DNA of 63,989 bases, filler included, from Phoronis australis (lineage: Eukaryota > Animalia > Phoronida), in NCBI GenBank assembly GCA_002633005.1. It is 10 parts of 10 records of this genome, joined end to end, with 100 filler letters (N's around TTAATTAATTAA, not from the genome) between each part and the next. Parts side by side here need not be neighbours in the genome. Positions count along the whole stretch, not along the records: positions 35,098 to 45,454 come from NMRA01000635.1; positions 45,555 to 48,485 come from NMRA01003317.1; positions 48,586 to 50,760 come from NMRA01003811.1; 7 more parts are not named here. One strand, written 5' to 3'. A program made the position numbers and the translations under genes. Positions within the stretch are counted from its first letter, which is position 1. Every line of letters starts with the position of its first letter. The notes under the pieces were generated by a model. It did no database searches, had not been told where the DNA came from, and saw nothing but the letters and a program-made list of their open reading frames with translations. Of this stretch, positions 37,957 to 49,807 are shown piece after piece.

Positions 37957-39561
37957 CAGGGATATACCCAGGTTTCAAAACCCCGCTTACCAGCTGGGCG
38001 AGTGAGCCAAAAAATCTACTCGCCCAGCCCGAAGTTCAGTCGCCCAGCCGTTTGCGTCTGTCACCACGAACTTGCTGTCAGTGTAAATAAAAATCAACGT
38101 TTCGTGCGTTGATGTCACCATCTATTAGGGCTACCGTATTCTCCCTAATAAGAAAAAATCGTTTCGGAAGGGGAGGCGCTGTTTATATAGTCTCCGAAAG
38201 AGGTGAAATCGGAAGCTAGGATTTATCAAATTTACGCGCTGTGACGTAAGTGCATTGCTATCAAACTTTGTTGTTAAATTACGATCTTTTTTAAAAAATG
38301 TGCTGAAATCCCAGGGCGAAAACTTGCCAACTGATGCATCGCTTCTAGGGTAAAAACGCAGTTAAATTCAACAAACTATCTTAAATCCTCCTTAAGTTTT
38401 CCAAATAGCGTCCCTAAGATTTTTAAATTACTGTGGAGTCGGGATTAACCGCAGATTAAATCCAAATCGCACCCTGCAACACGAGAAAAATCTGGACGAA
38501 CACACATGTTGTTGTCACGTGATGTTTGTTTTGAAGTTAGTCTGCACGTGTGACCCGAGGGAGCGAGCGCGTGCGTGTCATCAGATTTCATTTGCCAGAG
38601 TATCAGGCCTCAACGCACGCTTCTTGGACATGTGCTCATTAACGCAGGTCAAGTTTTGATTCGCGGTTTTTACACACGTACAAAGTAATCTGGATTCCTG
38701 TTGACGGAGATCTGTATGGGAAAGGTACAATACAATCCGGTTCACCAGTACGCTGTGCCTGTTCTGAAAGACCTGACCATAGTGAGTGATTGCAAGATCA
38801 GCAAAACTTTTGCGTTCGTTTTGAAGCACTTTTAGCCACGGCTAAATACCGTCATAGCGGCGAGGCTCGTGTCATGGTCTCGAAATTCTGAGCATTATGA
38901 TTTTTCAGGACTGTCGGATATTATCATTGATAAATTGAAGATTTTTGTACTGTAGAATTTTATAACTGTAGGTAAGACATTTTTCAAATATGTACATTTT
39001 CATGAATTGGCGCTTACTTTAGCGAAATCTGAAAATGAGTGGGGGGCGCTTATAGGGGCATGGGTGCTTATTAGGACGATTGTTATTATTTGAAAATGTT
39101 ATTATTTATAAACTAATTTTGGCTAAAATGACATTGTATATTACAATAAGAAATCAGTCCTAAGATATATGGTTTTTCACTTAATTGCTTTGAGCACATG
39201 GATCGGTCTTCTGTCTTTCCCCCTTTTCTTCGATTCGGACTACTCCACAAATTCCTTTGTGCACGACCACACACTGTAATCTTTTGTCTAGACGAATGGT
39301 GTAACGGGTGACATCTACTGAATCGGTAGGATCGCACTGCGCCGATGTTTTTTACTGCCGGAGCATCGACACGCTGACCAAACTGAAGCTTAAATTGATG
39401 ATAAAAACAGCACAAGGAGGAGAAAATTTATTCAAACGATATAGTGCTTTTGTGCTCTGAAAATTCGCTCGCCACCTGGGCGACTGGCAAGTCAACTTCT
39501 ACTCGCCCAACACCATTTTTACTCGCATTGGCGACTGGGCGAGTGACTAAGTATATCCCTG
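37957..39561. mobile_element. Non-autonomous hAT5-like DNA transposon
   Basis: TIR CAGGGATATAC/GTATATCCCTG, 5-bp TSD TACCC and subterminal CTCGCCCA repeats. Confidence 0.85.
38134..39083. mobile_element. Tc1/mariner-type MITE nested in the hAT5-like element
   Basis: TA|CCGTATT start; homologous along its length to 41584-42999. Confidence 0.7.
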
Positions 39562-41036
39562 TACCCGCGTACCTCGGATGGCGCACATAGATGGTGATGG
39601 TAAATGTTCCAGGACAGGAGTCTAGGACCTGCATGAGAGACAACCTTGTGTTCACCTATGTTGTGGTGGTAAAGGTACCAAAGGGAGTTGATGACCTGTA
39701 TGTGAAACAACCTGGTGTTCACTTTCCTGGTGACGTCCCTGTTCTGTAGGAAGAGGGGAATGTCGTAGATGTGCATCCGGTGAATCATACGAGCCTGACT
39801 GTTAGCTAAATCGTTAACGACTAACGCGCAATTGCCTATTAGCTGAATGGTTAGCACACTCGCTGGTTTTATGTGGTTCGCTGGTTTGATTTCCATGTTG
39901 GGTAATCTCGGCTATTACTACATACCAATATTAAATGACCACAGTTTTGTTAACAATCACATTTTGAAAGTTAATTTTCCACAATGCATTGACAAGTTGA
40001 TCTTAGTTCGGCACTAGTCAGATGTAACGGCCCCTCTTTAAACCACCAGAACTTCCTCAATTTTTGAGCTAGAATCATGATTTCAGATAGTGTCACTTTT
40101 GCGTATGTTTCATTTTTAAATCTCACAGACTTTTAAATAAAGATTATTAAGTACTACTTCTACTATTGCATCCAAGCATTCAAAAGGCGTGTAGCAATTG
40201 TTCTGTGAATTGCCAACTTTATCCACAGTCAGTAACCCGTTCAATGACGTCATTAAGATGCTTGACACCTAACAGTGATTGCGTGTGTCAATTTATAGGG
40301 TCAGGAAATGGCCATTTGCAGTTTTAGCATTTAATTTTCCCAGAGGCAAGTAAAGCTGTCTCGTTTTTCACTTTAGATATTTATTTCTTTAAGAATGAGT
40401 CTGCATTCACCATTCCATTTTTGAAGCAGAGAAATTTAATGTTAATTTTTTTCAAAAATTTGAATTCTCTGCGTAAGTCTTTCACACCCCTTTCAAGTCG
40501 ATTTTTTCAGTCAGATAAGAAGATAGGAGAAGGTGATTTGAAAGCTATAAATGAGACCTAACGATTGATGTACTACGTATTGTCCTTGGAGCAAATTTTT
40601 TTCACAATTGATTGAAACGTTCTCTGATGTATGTCACAAATGGAATTGCCAATATATTTAATTTACATGTTCATAAGTTTCAAGATGAAGTGACCTGAAG
40701 AAGTTTCTGGATGGTGTAAGTTAACACGAGGACTATTGACCTGGACCCCAATTTTCTGGTTCCGGCACAAATTTGTCAAAAAAAATTGACGTTTGGAAGT
40801 GCCTTAGTGTAAGACTGAGTATTATACTGTATTCATAGCTGATTATGAAAGAAACCAACTCAACCCACCCCACCAAAGTAATGAATTGTTGACAAAATTA
40901 TTCAGGAAAAGTGTTTTTGTGCTGAAAGTGCATGTCTTTAACTGCTACATTTATATTGTGGTTTCTATGGTTACTGTGGTTTCTATGGTTACCATGGTTG
41001 CTATGGTTTCTATGCAAAGAATTTGATATCTTTCAG

Positions 41037-41162
41037 AGCCTCAAGTTGCTGGATTAACTCTTAAACTATTCAAGAATGTAAGAAAGAAGAAAAGTGTTGG
41101 TTATGCACAGTCCGGCTCTGAAGAGGATGACTCAGGAACAGAATGTTACAAACCATCGCAAG
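41037..41162 (+). CDS. ORC2: Probable ORC2 exon 2
   Basis: TTTCAG acceptor and AG|GTAATG donor, phase 1/1. Open frame KPQVAGLTLKLFKNVRKKKSVGYAQSGSEEDDSGTECYKPSQ is compatible with exon 1. Confidence 0.6.
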
Positions 41163-41583
41163 GTAATGATGATCGTCAATAGAGCAAATGGGCCGCTTGT
41201 TATTCTTGTATGTCATTTTGACTTGATTGTCTGTACTTACGTGTGAGTGTTAATCTCTAACATATTTAATGTTACTACATAATGCATGTCAAGGTCAAGT
41301 TCAAGGTCTACATTCTGTAGCTAGTTACAATAATCTCAGAGGTACTGATGGTGCAGTCTTGACTTGTCTGATAAAATCCAAAGGTTGACACCAGCTCTAC
41401 AATAACATGTGCGCTCAGTGAGATGAAAGACTAATTTTTTTTCTAATCTGAACTTTGATGTGATTGAACCAGAGTTTACAACTGAGAGTGGGATTTGTTG
41501 AAGACCATGGGAAGAATGGGTGCTGTCTGGGAAAAGAAAAAATATCTGTTCTCTGAGACTGAAAAAAAAAACATTGTGAATTA

Positions 41584-42999
41584 CCGTGTTCGCCGTAATA
41601 AGCGCCTAGGGCGCTTAGAAAATTCCGGTTCAGAGGGGGCGCTTATTATAACCCAAGGCGGTTGAAACCTGGTCTCTGAAACGGGTGAAATCGGAAGCTA
41701 AGATTCATTAAATTTATGCTCTATGACGTATATGTAATCTATGAAAGACTTTCAACAAAACTGTGGTGCATTGCTATCAACCTTTGCTGCTAAATTACGA
41801 TCATGTTACAGAAAATTGTGCTGAAATCCCAGGGCGAAAACTCGCCGACTTACTGCCTCGAAATCGCCGTCTTCGATATGGCGACTTCAATGCTTGAATA
41901 AAAATTTTTTCGACTCAAGCAAATTACCTGAAATCCTCATTAAGTTTTCTAAGTAGCGTCCCTAAGATTTTTTTTTTAGGTTCCCGTGGAGTCTGGATTA
42001 ACGGCAGGTTTAAGTACAAATCTGTGCAACATCGTGTCATCTACATGTATGATCGGCAACATGGCGAGAAAAATATCTGGACGAACACACATGTTGTCAC
42101 GTGACGTTTGTTTTGAAGTTTGTCTGCGAGTAAGCGAGTGCGTGCGTGTCACTAGAGTTCATTTGCCAAAGCAGAGACCGTCTTTTTGCCAGAGCCACGC
42201 AGTCTAACTAGCCAGATGTGTCTAAAGAAATTTGCACAAGCAGTAGGCTTAAACAAGAGCGTCTTTCATTCAGCACTTGCCGGTCTCGTGCTAAAAACTT
42301 TCGACATTTGTCTCGGTAAGGCCCATATTAGTCGCCGTGTAGCTGGATGCGTACATAACTATCTGACAGTTATTTTTCGGTGTAAGGGTGTGTAAGCATT
42401 CACTGTCAGTTGTCATTTTATCGGATATTCGGCATAAAAACACCAATTATGGTTAATCCAACAATCCATCTCAAAAATAACGCAAACATGTTTTATAGTA
42501 TTAGAAATTGTCGGAAATTAGTGCCAATATTCATTTCTTATCGATGCTATGCTACCCGTTTCATGAATGGATAGTTCCTGACTAATGTCTTTGATGACAG
42601 GTTCATGGATGTAGCGCGCGCATCCTGGCCACGTGCGTTTAACACAGAGTTATTTTTATTCATGAGACAGTCGATGTGTCTACTGAAAGGTCAGACCATA
42701 GTGGGACGCGGTCATCGCGATAGCGTAGCAATGCTGTTGCGTTCTTTTTGAAGCGCTGCGTTACTTTGAAGTTTAAAGTCACAGCTAAATACAAACGTAG
42801 CAGTGCCACTGGTGGTCTAGAAGACTCGTGCAAACATTTTTTGATAAATTGAAGACGTTACTGTAGCCGAGTTTTAGGACTGTAGGTTCGTCATTGTTCA
42901 CATGTACACGTTCATGGACTGGGCGCTTATTTCAGCAAAGTCTGAAAACGTGTGGGGGGGACGCTTATAGGGCATGGGCGGTTATTACGGCTAATATGG
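41584..42999. mobile_element. Tc1/mariner (pogo/Tc2-like) non-autonomous element
   Basis: TA TSD on both sides; imperfect TIR CCGTGTTCGCCGTAATAAGCGCC / GGCGGTTATTACGGCTAATATGG. Confidence 0.8.
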
Positions 43000-43135
43000 T
43001 AAGCAATTAATAAATAAATGTACCTGGCAGTGCGTGAACCGTGATGTGACTTTATTTGATACCGGTCTTAAAAAAGCTGAGTGAAAAGCTAATCACGAAT
43101 AAAAGCCAGTATCTGATGATTGTAGTACCTCCACA

Positions 43136-43248
43136 TATTCCTAAATTGTAATTCCAAAATTGTATTGCTAAATTGTATTCCTAAATTGTATTCCTAAACT
43201 GTATTGCTAAACTGCATTGCTAAATTGCATTGCTAAATTGTATTTCTA
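43136..43248. repeat. 14-bp minisatellite, ~8 units
   Basis: Unit CTAAATTGTATT(C/G)C. Confidence 0.85.
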
Positions 43249-43690
43249 ACTTAACTTTAATGTATTCCCCCACACTGCATGACTGCATGACAGCATCTAC
43301 GTTTTGATGGAAATATGGATGCCACAAGTTAATGCTGTCAGTTGAACCATACTGAACCAATTGTCTTCTTAAGATTTTATTGTATAGAAGATACTGAAGT
43401 CCTGTTACTAATACTTTTAAAATATCACTTTAATTTATTTTTATTAACGTGGGCTTGAATCAGAACTGTCAGTCCTGATTTTAAAAAGCAAGTAGTTAAA
43501 ATGCATTTTAGACAATGACTATTAGTATGTTTTAAATTACTTCCCATATTCTATTTAGGACAGCCATGTTTAATTAATACTAGTTTCAACTTTTTTATTT
43601 ATACTTGTTCTAAAAATAGTTTTCCTAAATGCCAACAGGTGTCAAATACAAAATGATTAATTCTCATCCATAATGTTTACCATCTTCAAA

Positions 43691-43921
43691 GAAAAGTGAT
43701 TTTATATCTTTAATCAAATTAAATGTTGAAAAGTGAGGATTTTATATCTTTAATCAAATTAAATGTTGAAAAGTGAGGATTTTATATCTTTAATCAAATT
43801 AAATGCTTAAAAGTCAGCATGATATCCAGCATAGGGTTACCTGAGGTGATGATTTCATGCGAGAGGCCAATCTGTGTGTTACCTGAGGTGATGATTTCAT
43901 GCGAGAGGCCAATCTGTGTGT
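43691..43921. repeat. Adjacent 40-bp (x~2.7) and 42-bp (x2) tandem repeats
   Basis: Units GATTTTATATCTTTAATCAAATTAAATGTTGAAAAGTGAG and GTTACCTGAGGTGATGATTTCATGCGAGAGGCCAATCTGTGT. Confidence 0.9.
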
Positions 43922-44647
43922 TTCAAAAAAGAGAACTATATTTTTCATTACGCACTATTTATTTTTTTTATCAATTGCAAAAGAGCAATAAAGTTTAAAC
44001 AGTTTAGTACAAGAATTCAGAGTGTACGTTTGTGGCGTATGTCACTTAACAAATTTTATTTTGTACTTCACAAACGTTCCACTAAATCATATAAAGCAAA
44101 AAATTAACATCATTGTAACTATTCACAGACAATTTATGTTACAATTTTTTTCAAAAATTCATATTCTCAGCATCCGTCACACCCCTTTAGAAACATTTTT
44201 TTTCAGCCAAGCAAAAAGACAAGATGAGAGTCTACTCATGCGTTGAAAGACCTCTATCTATGAGACTTAAGAAATGATGTTTTAATTATTTTCGTATAAT
44301 GAATATTTTTTCACAGTTGATCAAAATGCTCTGATTGTATGTCGATCACAAATGGAATTGCTTTCTATTTAAATCAGTTGGATAGGCGTTAGCCAGCATA
44401 GCAGGTGATATATTCAATCCATCCATTCCATGCAGACGACTACTGACTGATAACTAGACTGGTCTATGGTTCATTAAACTATTGAATATTTTGTGCATTG
44501 GTGTACGACCTCTTTTGTCAACCTGAACACAGGAATTTTTCTAATAAAAGTTACAATTTCTCCACCCATTTCAACCTGTTCACTGGCAGCCATTTTTAGA
44601 AACTAATGTCAACTGTATGAAGTTGCTGTGTATTGCCGAATAGCCTG

Positions 44648-44724
44648 GCAGTACAGAATGTTGGTCAGTGTGCAGTACAGAATGTTGGTCAGTGTGCAGT
44701 ACAGAATGTTGGTCAGTGTGCAGT
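44648..44724. repeat. 24-bp tandem repeat
   Basis: Unit GCAGTACAGAATGTTGGTCAGTGT x3; the flank is repeated at 44810-44864. Confidence 0.9.
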
Positions 44725-45369
44725 NAGGGAGGGATGATATGTTTGTGTCGATCAATGATACAGATATTTAACATGTTCAAAAGTCATTTGGCCGTTATGT
44801 ACGGTCTTTAAGTTGCTGTGTATTGCCGAATAGCCTGGCAGTACAGAATGTTGGTCAGTGTGCAATCGTGAGGAAGGAAAAGGGATAAAATGATTATGTT
44901 TCGCAAGGGGAATGCATCATTTCTCCATCCATTTCAGTGTTCACTGACGATTCGCCATTTTAAACTAATTCCAAAGTCATTACCTGGTCCCCTACTGTAT
45001 ATTCAGTTGCTGTGCATTGTCAGATAACCAGGTTGTACCAAATTTTGGGTCACTGAGCAAATGCGAGGAAGGAAGGGAATAAAATGATCATTTTTTAACA
45101 ACTTGGGGAAAAGGTCAAAACCCAACCAAATTATAATTGTTTTCCTGCTGGATCCTCAAAGATCGACAGTAGACATGTAACTTCTGCTTTGCTTATTTTT
45201 TTACTAATAATTTTTGTGCAGTGGTGAAGTTTTCCCATTAAGATTATGTGTGTGGTGGTCGATTTGGACAAGATTTTGAGTGGCGGGACCAAAAAAAGAG
45301 CATGGCGGACTACCCAGATTTTTTTCTGGCAGGGGAAACACTGAAGAGGTATGCTCATTAGCCAATATA

Positions 45370-45454
45370 AGAGGTACGCTCAGTATGAGGTACGCTCAGT
45401 AAGAGGTACGCTCAGTATGAGGTATGCCCAGTAAGAGGTATGCTCAGTATGAGG
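45370..45454. repeat. 16-bp tandem repeat running into a gap
   Basis: GAGGTACGCTCAGTA(T/A) x5. Confidence 0.9.
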
Positions 45455-45617
45455 NNNNNNNNNNNNNNNNNNNNNNNNNNNNNNNNNNNNNNNNNNNNTT
45501 AATTAATTAANNNNNNNNNNNNNNNNNNNNNNNNNNNNNNNNNNNNNNNNNNNNACTCCACATTATGAATGGGCAAGTTCTGAATCATTACAATGATACA
45601 CTGCGTGATTTTTACAG

Positions 45618-46091
45618 GTTGAGAAAACATGCCTGCCGATGGAACTGCGATTCAAAATTCTCCGAATTCTGAATGAACCCCAACAAAGAAAGGCATTTGA
45701 AAAATTGCTGAAGAAGGAACTGAAAGTTGCACAAGAAGTGATTGATGAGTTTGAAAAACTTCATCAATATCAAGAGGCTGAACGTATATATGGCAATGGA
45801 TACCTGGTGGATATCTTTGAAATGACTCTGAAGAGACTGGACAAATCACCCGCCGTAGATGGCCCGAAGATACTGATGGCACATTTTCAATCCAATCCAG
45901 ACTCCATTCTTCTAGATATTGAAAAATATTGTTATCCGGAGACGAACCCTTTTATTCGGCAGCCTGAGGGTGATTGTGACGGTGTGGCAGGAAGTGAGGT
46001 GCAGATGAGGACCTTTAAGAAGCGGCAGGGTAATCAACGGGTTGGAAAAGACAGTGGTTACACATCTTACCCATCAGGGCTGTTCCAGTAA
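45618..46091 (+). CDS. Terminal exon of unidentified gene (helical, possibly death-fold-like), C-terminus altered by a MITE
   Basis: TTTTACAG acceptor in frame with the 150-aa ORF. Removing the MITE extends the frame to TAA at 46688. Confidence 0.6.
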   Translation, partial: VEKTCLPMELRFKILRILNEPQQRKAFEKLLKKELKVAQEVIDEFEKLHQYQEAERIYGNGYLVDIFEMTLKRLDKSPAVDGPKILMAHFQSNPDSILLDIEKYCYPETNPFIRQPEGDCDGVAGSEVQMRTFKKRQGNQRVGKDSGYTSYPSGLFQ

Positions 46092-46613
46092 AATCTGTAT
46101 GGTTTTTCGCACCCACCACCCATATTTTTCATTTATTTCTTCAGCCTACCACCCGTAATTTTTTATAAATTTTAAATGCAACCACCCATAATTTTTTTTG
46201 TTCTTGTGGTTGACTGCACAGGCGCTTGAGTTTATCTGTTCCTCCATCACCACTAACGTCATTCATTACTAAGAAAACATATGTTTCTTATATATGGTTA
46301 TTAGCCATCGAGAAATTCGAGCACCTGTGGTTAAATGGTGTTATGGGCATGCTGATGAGGAGATCGGAGGGAGTGAAAAAGTTGCAGCTTTTTACAAGTT
46401 GCATTTTTGTTTCAGTTTTTGATTCTGTGCAGATTGTTTATAAAATTTACTAAAAATACCCACCATCAAACATTTATGGCCCATTGAAACAACAACAACC
46501 TGTAAATTTTGATTTTTCTGAAGTGCGACCACCAGCCATTTTGAATTTAAATCAAACGCAACCACCCATAAATTTTTATTTCAGTTGCCTTCNAGATTTT
46601 GCTGGAACAGCCC
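46077..46613. mobile_element. Harbinger/PIF (Tourist-like) MITE
   Basis: TIR GGGCTGTTCCAG(T/C)AAAATCT and 3-bp TSD TCA (46074-46076, 46614-46616). Confidence 0.9.
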
Positions 46614-47984
46614 TCAGCTGAAGACAACTTGTCATCTGACGAATCATTGCCGGATGTTGGTTCATGTACAGTCAGTACCCTATTATAAATGTGTGGAAAC
46701 TCAATCCAGACATCCCTGTTGATGATGTTTGGATAAGGCTTCCTTAACTCTGGATTAGAGTAACGAACTATTCCTTTGTATGGGTAACTTGTTGATGCCA
46801 ATAGGGGCATTATCAGGATTTTGGTATTGAAAAATATAACTATGCTTTTCAGCAAACTTGGCATTGAATTTTTTCATTTTAGTACTTTGAGGTGGCAGTC
46901 AAATGGTCTGCAGAGTATTTTAAACACGTGTCACCGAGTGACAAACCATCCCAAGTAGCCAGCAAGCCCACTAGGGTCAGTTGGAATTCTTGGGCAAACC
47001 ATAAGCGGATGTCATGCAATTTCACGGAAATACCAAGTACATAATTATTAAGTTGTTGGCATTTACGTAAGAGTTATCACGACAATATGTGATATGTTTT
47101 ACTGGTAAAATCATCAGCTTTGATTTCAGTAAATTTCTGGCAGACAATGTTAAGTTTTATTAAAATGAAAGCAATACTGGATTATATTGTTTTATAGCTC
47201 TGGTCAAAGCAAATTTTCAAATATTTTATCCCATCCAAATCCAAAAAAATTCATTTTTCGGCCACAAAACTGAACGATAACGTCCCTATAAAGTGGCGAC
47301 CAACCTGCCTGCTATCACAAAACTTAACAATAACGTCCCTTTGAAGCGAGTACCAACCTGCCTTTTATAGCAAAAATTCTTAGTTCAGATTCAGAGTGCT
47401 TAACATTGATGTCAAATTTTTCCTTTGCTATCTCAATCGTGGGATGATCTCTGGGTTTGGAAAGAACTGGCTTATTTAGTTGAAACCTGAGGTTCTATAA
47501 GTTGGTCTGTCACAGCAGGTCATGTTGTGCCCCAAGTATGGTCTAAAGCGATTAAATGAACTGGCAGTTCGTTTAAAACCCAGGCACCACTACTTCTCAT
47601 TGGGAGCATGTTGAGATGCAGTTCTATAGCCTCTCAAAGGTACAGAAAGATGAATTTGATAGACTTCTCAGGTAGTGGTATTCAATAAAATTAAATCGGG
47701 TTATATGTTGAAATGCTCAACTATATTTAACTTTAACAGCCAGCTTGAAATTATTTTTGTCCAATTTTGATATTTCACAGTTTTGTACATACCATTGATT
47801 GTGCTTCTTGTCATCAAAATAAAAATATTCAATTTGGTAATATCTTTTGTAGAAGTCAATAAATAAAACCATTACAGCAATCAGATTTTTGTTGTCTTTG
47901 TCCTCTTTCCAGACAGCTTGACTGGTCCAGTCAGCTTCTAGTTTTTAGTTTGCTGTAGGACAAGCTAACTTATGGAACCTCGGC

Positions 47985-48485
47985 TCAACCCACAGTTGAT
48001 CTACAGAATAACCCACAAACAAACTTTGCAACCAACCTCAACTTTAATAACCCAAGATTGACCTACAGAATAACCCACAAGGACAAACTAACCTATGCAA
48101 CCAACCTCAACTCAACCCAAGACTGATCTATAGAATAACCCACTAGGACAAACTAACCTATGCAACCAACCTCAACTCAACCCAAGACTGATCTATAGAA
48201 TAACCCACTAGGACAAACTAACCTATGCAACCAATCTCAATTCAACCCAAGACTAATCTATAGAATAACCCACTAGGACAAACTAACCTATGCAACCAAC
48301 CTCAACTCAACCTAAGATTGATCTATAGAATAACCCACTAGGACAAACTAACTAAGTATGCAACCAGCTTCAACTCGACCCAAGACTGACCTATAGAATA
48401 AGAAACTAAGACAAACTTGCCCTACCCAAGGTTGACGTACAGAATAACCTACTAGGCCAAGCCAACCTAAGTAACCGCAGCTCTA
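47985..48485. repeat. 65-bp minisatellite, ~7.5 units
   Basis: Unit ATCTATAGAATAACCCACTAGGACAAACTAACCTATGCAACCAACCTCAACTCAACCCAAGACTG. Confidence 0.93.
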
Positions 48486-49049
48486 NNNNNNNNNNNNNNN
48501 NNNNNNNNNNNNNNNNNNNNNNNNNNNNNTTAATTAATTAANNNNNNNNNNNNNNNNNNNNNNNNNNNNNNNNNNNNNNNNNNNNAACTTCTAGGTTTGA
48601 AAACAACTGACATGTCGTTATTGTTCAAAGCCACGCCTATGAAATATGGCTGGCATGGCAATACAATTTGATTTATTACAACAAATTTGAATTAAATTCA
48701 AACACGGGACAAAAACGCGATGATGTTGTTTTTGGAAACCCGCCTGTAAAGAGTGTTTTTAAAATCAGAAATTCGTTTATAGATGCTTTAAATTAATTTA
48801 GTCTCAATTTGCTCCTTACTGAGATGATGAGACATGATATATCCATTCCTTGAAGTTATGCTCGGAGCCTAAAATGACACAACACGACAAGTCTAACAGA
48901 GCAATAACGCATCCTTACTCATTTCGAAGACCATTTTAAGCGATCAAGTTGCATAATATTCTGTTTATGGACTCAAGCATATTTTAGTGTTTTTAAGAAA
49001 CACCCACAGACTATCCGTACCCACAGTGCCACCTGCTGGCCACACCCAC

Positions 49050-49201
49050 CTGTTGAATGGAGGAGTGGGCAGCGTTGTACTTCTTGGTGAAGTCACCTGT
49101 CTCGTCCTCCCAATCACCTCCGTAGCCATCATCAGAATCCCAGTCATCGTCATCATCGCCATCACCACCACCTTCACCTGGGTACAAGGACACACCATTC
49201 A
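49050..49201 (-). CDS. RIOK1: RIO kinase 1-like N-terminal exon
   Basis: TTTCAG acceptor and CAG|GTGGGT donor. An acidic stretch followed by DWEDETGDFTKKYN resembles the DW...DFTK.YN motif upstream of the Rio1 kinase domain. Possible upstream 41-nt exon at 50568-50608. Confidence 0.55.
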
Positions 49202-49421
49202 CTGAAATCAAACGCAAAGAAAACTCTGTGACTCACTTCCCTTGACCATAGACTACGAAATAAGTGTGTGAATTTTCGTGACAGTCAATCCCTGCACTCA
49301 ACAAAAATTGATGTTCGAAATTGCCCAAACTCAAAAACCAAAAGGTCAGCAAATAACTAACAAAAAATTCTTTAGATATAGTAAATATATAGACGCTGAG
49401 GTTGGCCAGTAGTGAAATATA

Positions 49422-49807
49422 TCAAATAAACACAGAAATATCAGGAACCCCAACTGGAAATCAAACCACAGGTCTCTAGATTGCCAGTCTAGCGCTCTTA
49501 CCAATGAGCTACTGAGGACCCAATATCTGTGCAATTACTGTTTACAGCCAACTGTTAAGTCATACATCCCATGAGCGGCGTTTCACCTTTTTCACACGGG
49601 ATTTAGACAATTATATATATAATCCCGTGTGAAAAAGGCGAAACGNAACGCCGCTCATGGGATGTATGACTTAACAGTTGGCTGTAAACAGTAATTGCAC
49701 AGATATCGGGTCCTCAGTAGCTCCATGGTGAGACCACTAGACTGGCAATCTAGAGACCTGAGGTTCGATTCCCAGTTGGGTTTCCTGATTTTTCTGTGTT
49801 TATTTGA
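49422..49807. mobile_element. Palindromic element made of two outward-facing tRNA-like units
   Basis: ~180-bp inverted arms around a TATATA-rich spacer. Each arm has an A box, a CTAGA-CTGGCAA-TCTAG stem-loop, a B box (GGTTCGATTCC) and a T-run. Confidence 0.7.

Larger units (their letters stand above)
36601..39922 (+). mobile_element. TRIM-like (Helenus-like) LTR element with tRNA-like LTRs plus nested insertions
   Basis: 4-bp TSD TACC (36597-36600, 39923-39926). The 3' LTR 39761-39922 (TG...CA) follows PPT AGGAAGAGGGGAA. PBS TGGCGTAGTCGGC at 37910 follows an LTR end at 37907. The LTR carries A box TAGCTGAATGG and B box GGTTCGATTCC. Inverted LTR copy at 36604-36741. Confidence 0.8.

Noticed and set aside
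47985-48485. CRISPR-like array
   Set aside because: Plain tandem repeat without variable spacers, in a eukaryotic context with no cas genes.
49709-49785. Functional tRNA-Ala(GGC) gene
   Set aside because: The acceptor and D stems pair poorly, a GGC anticodon is atypical for eukaryotic Ala tRNAs, and it is part of a palindromic repeat.
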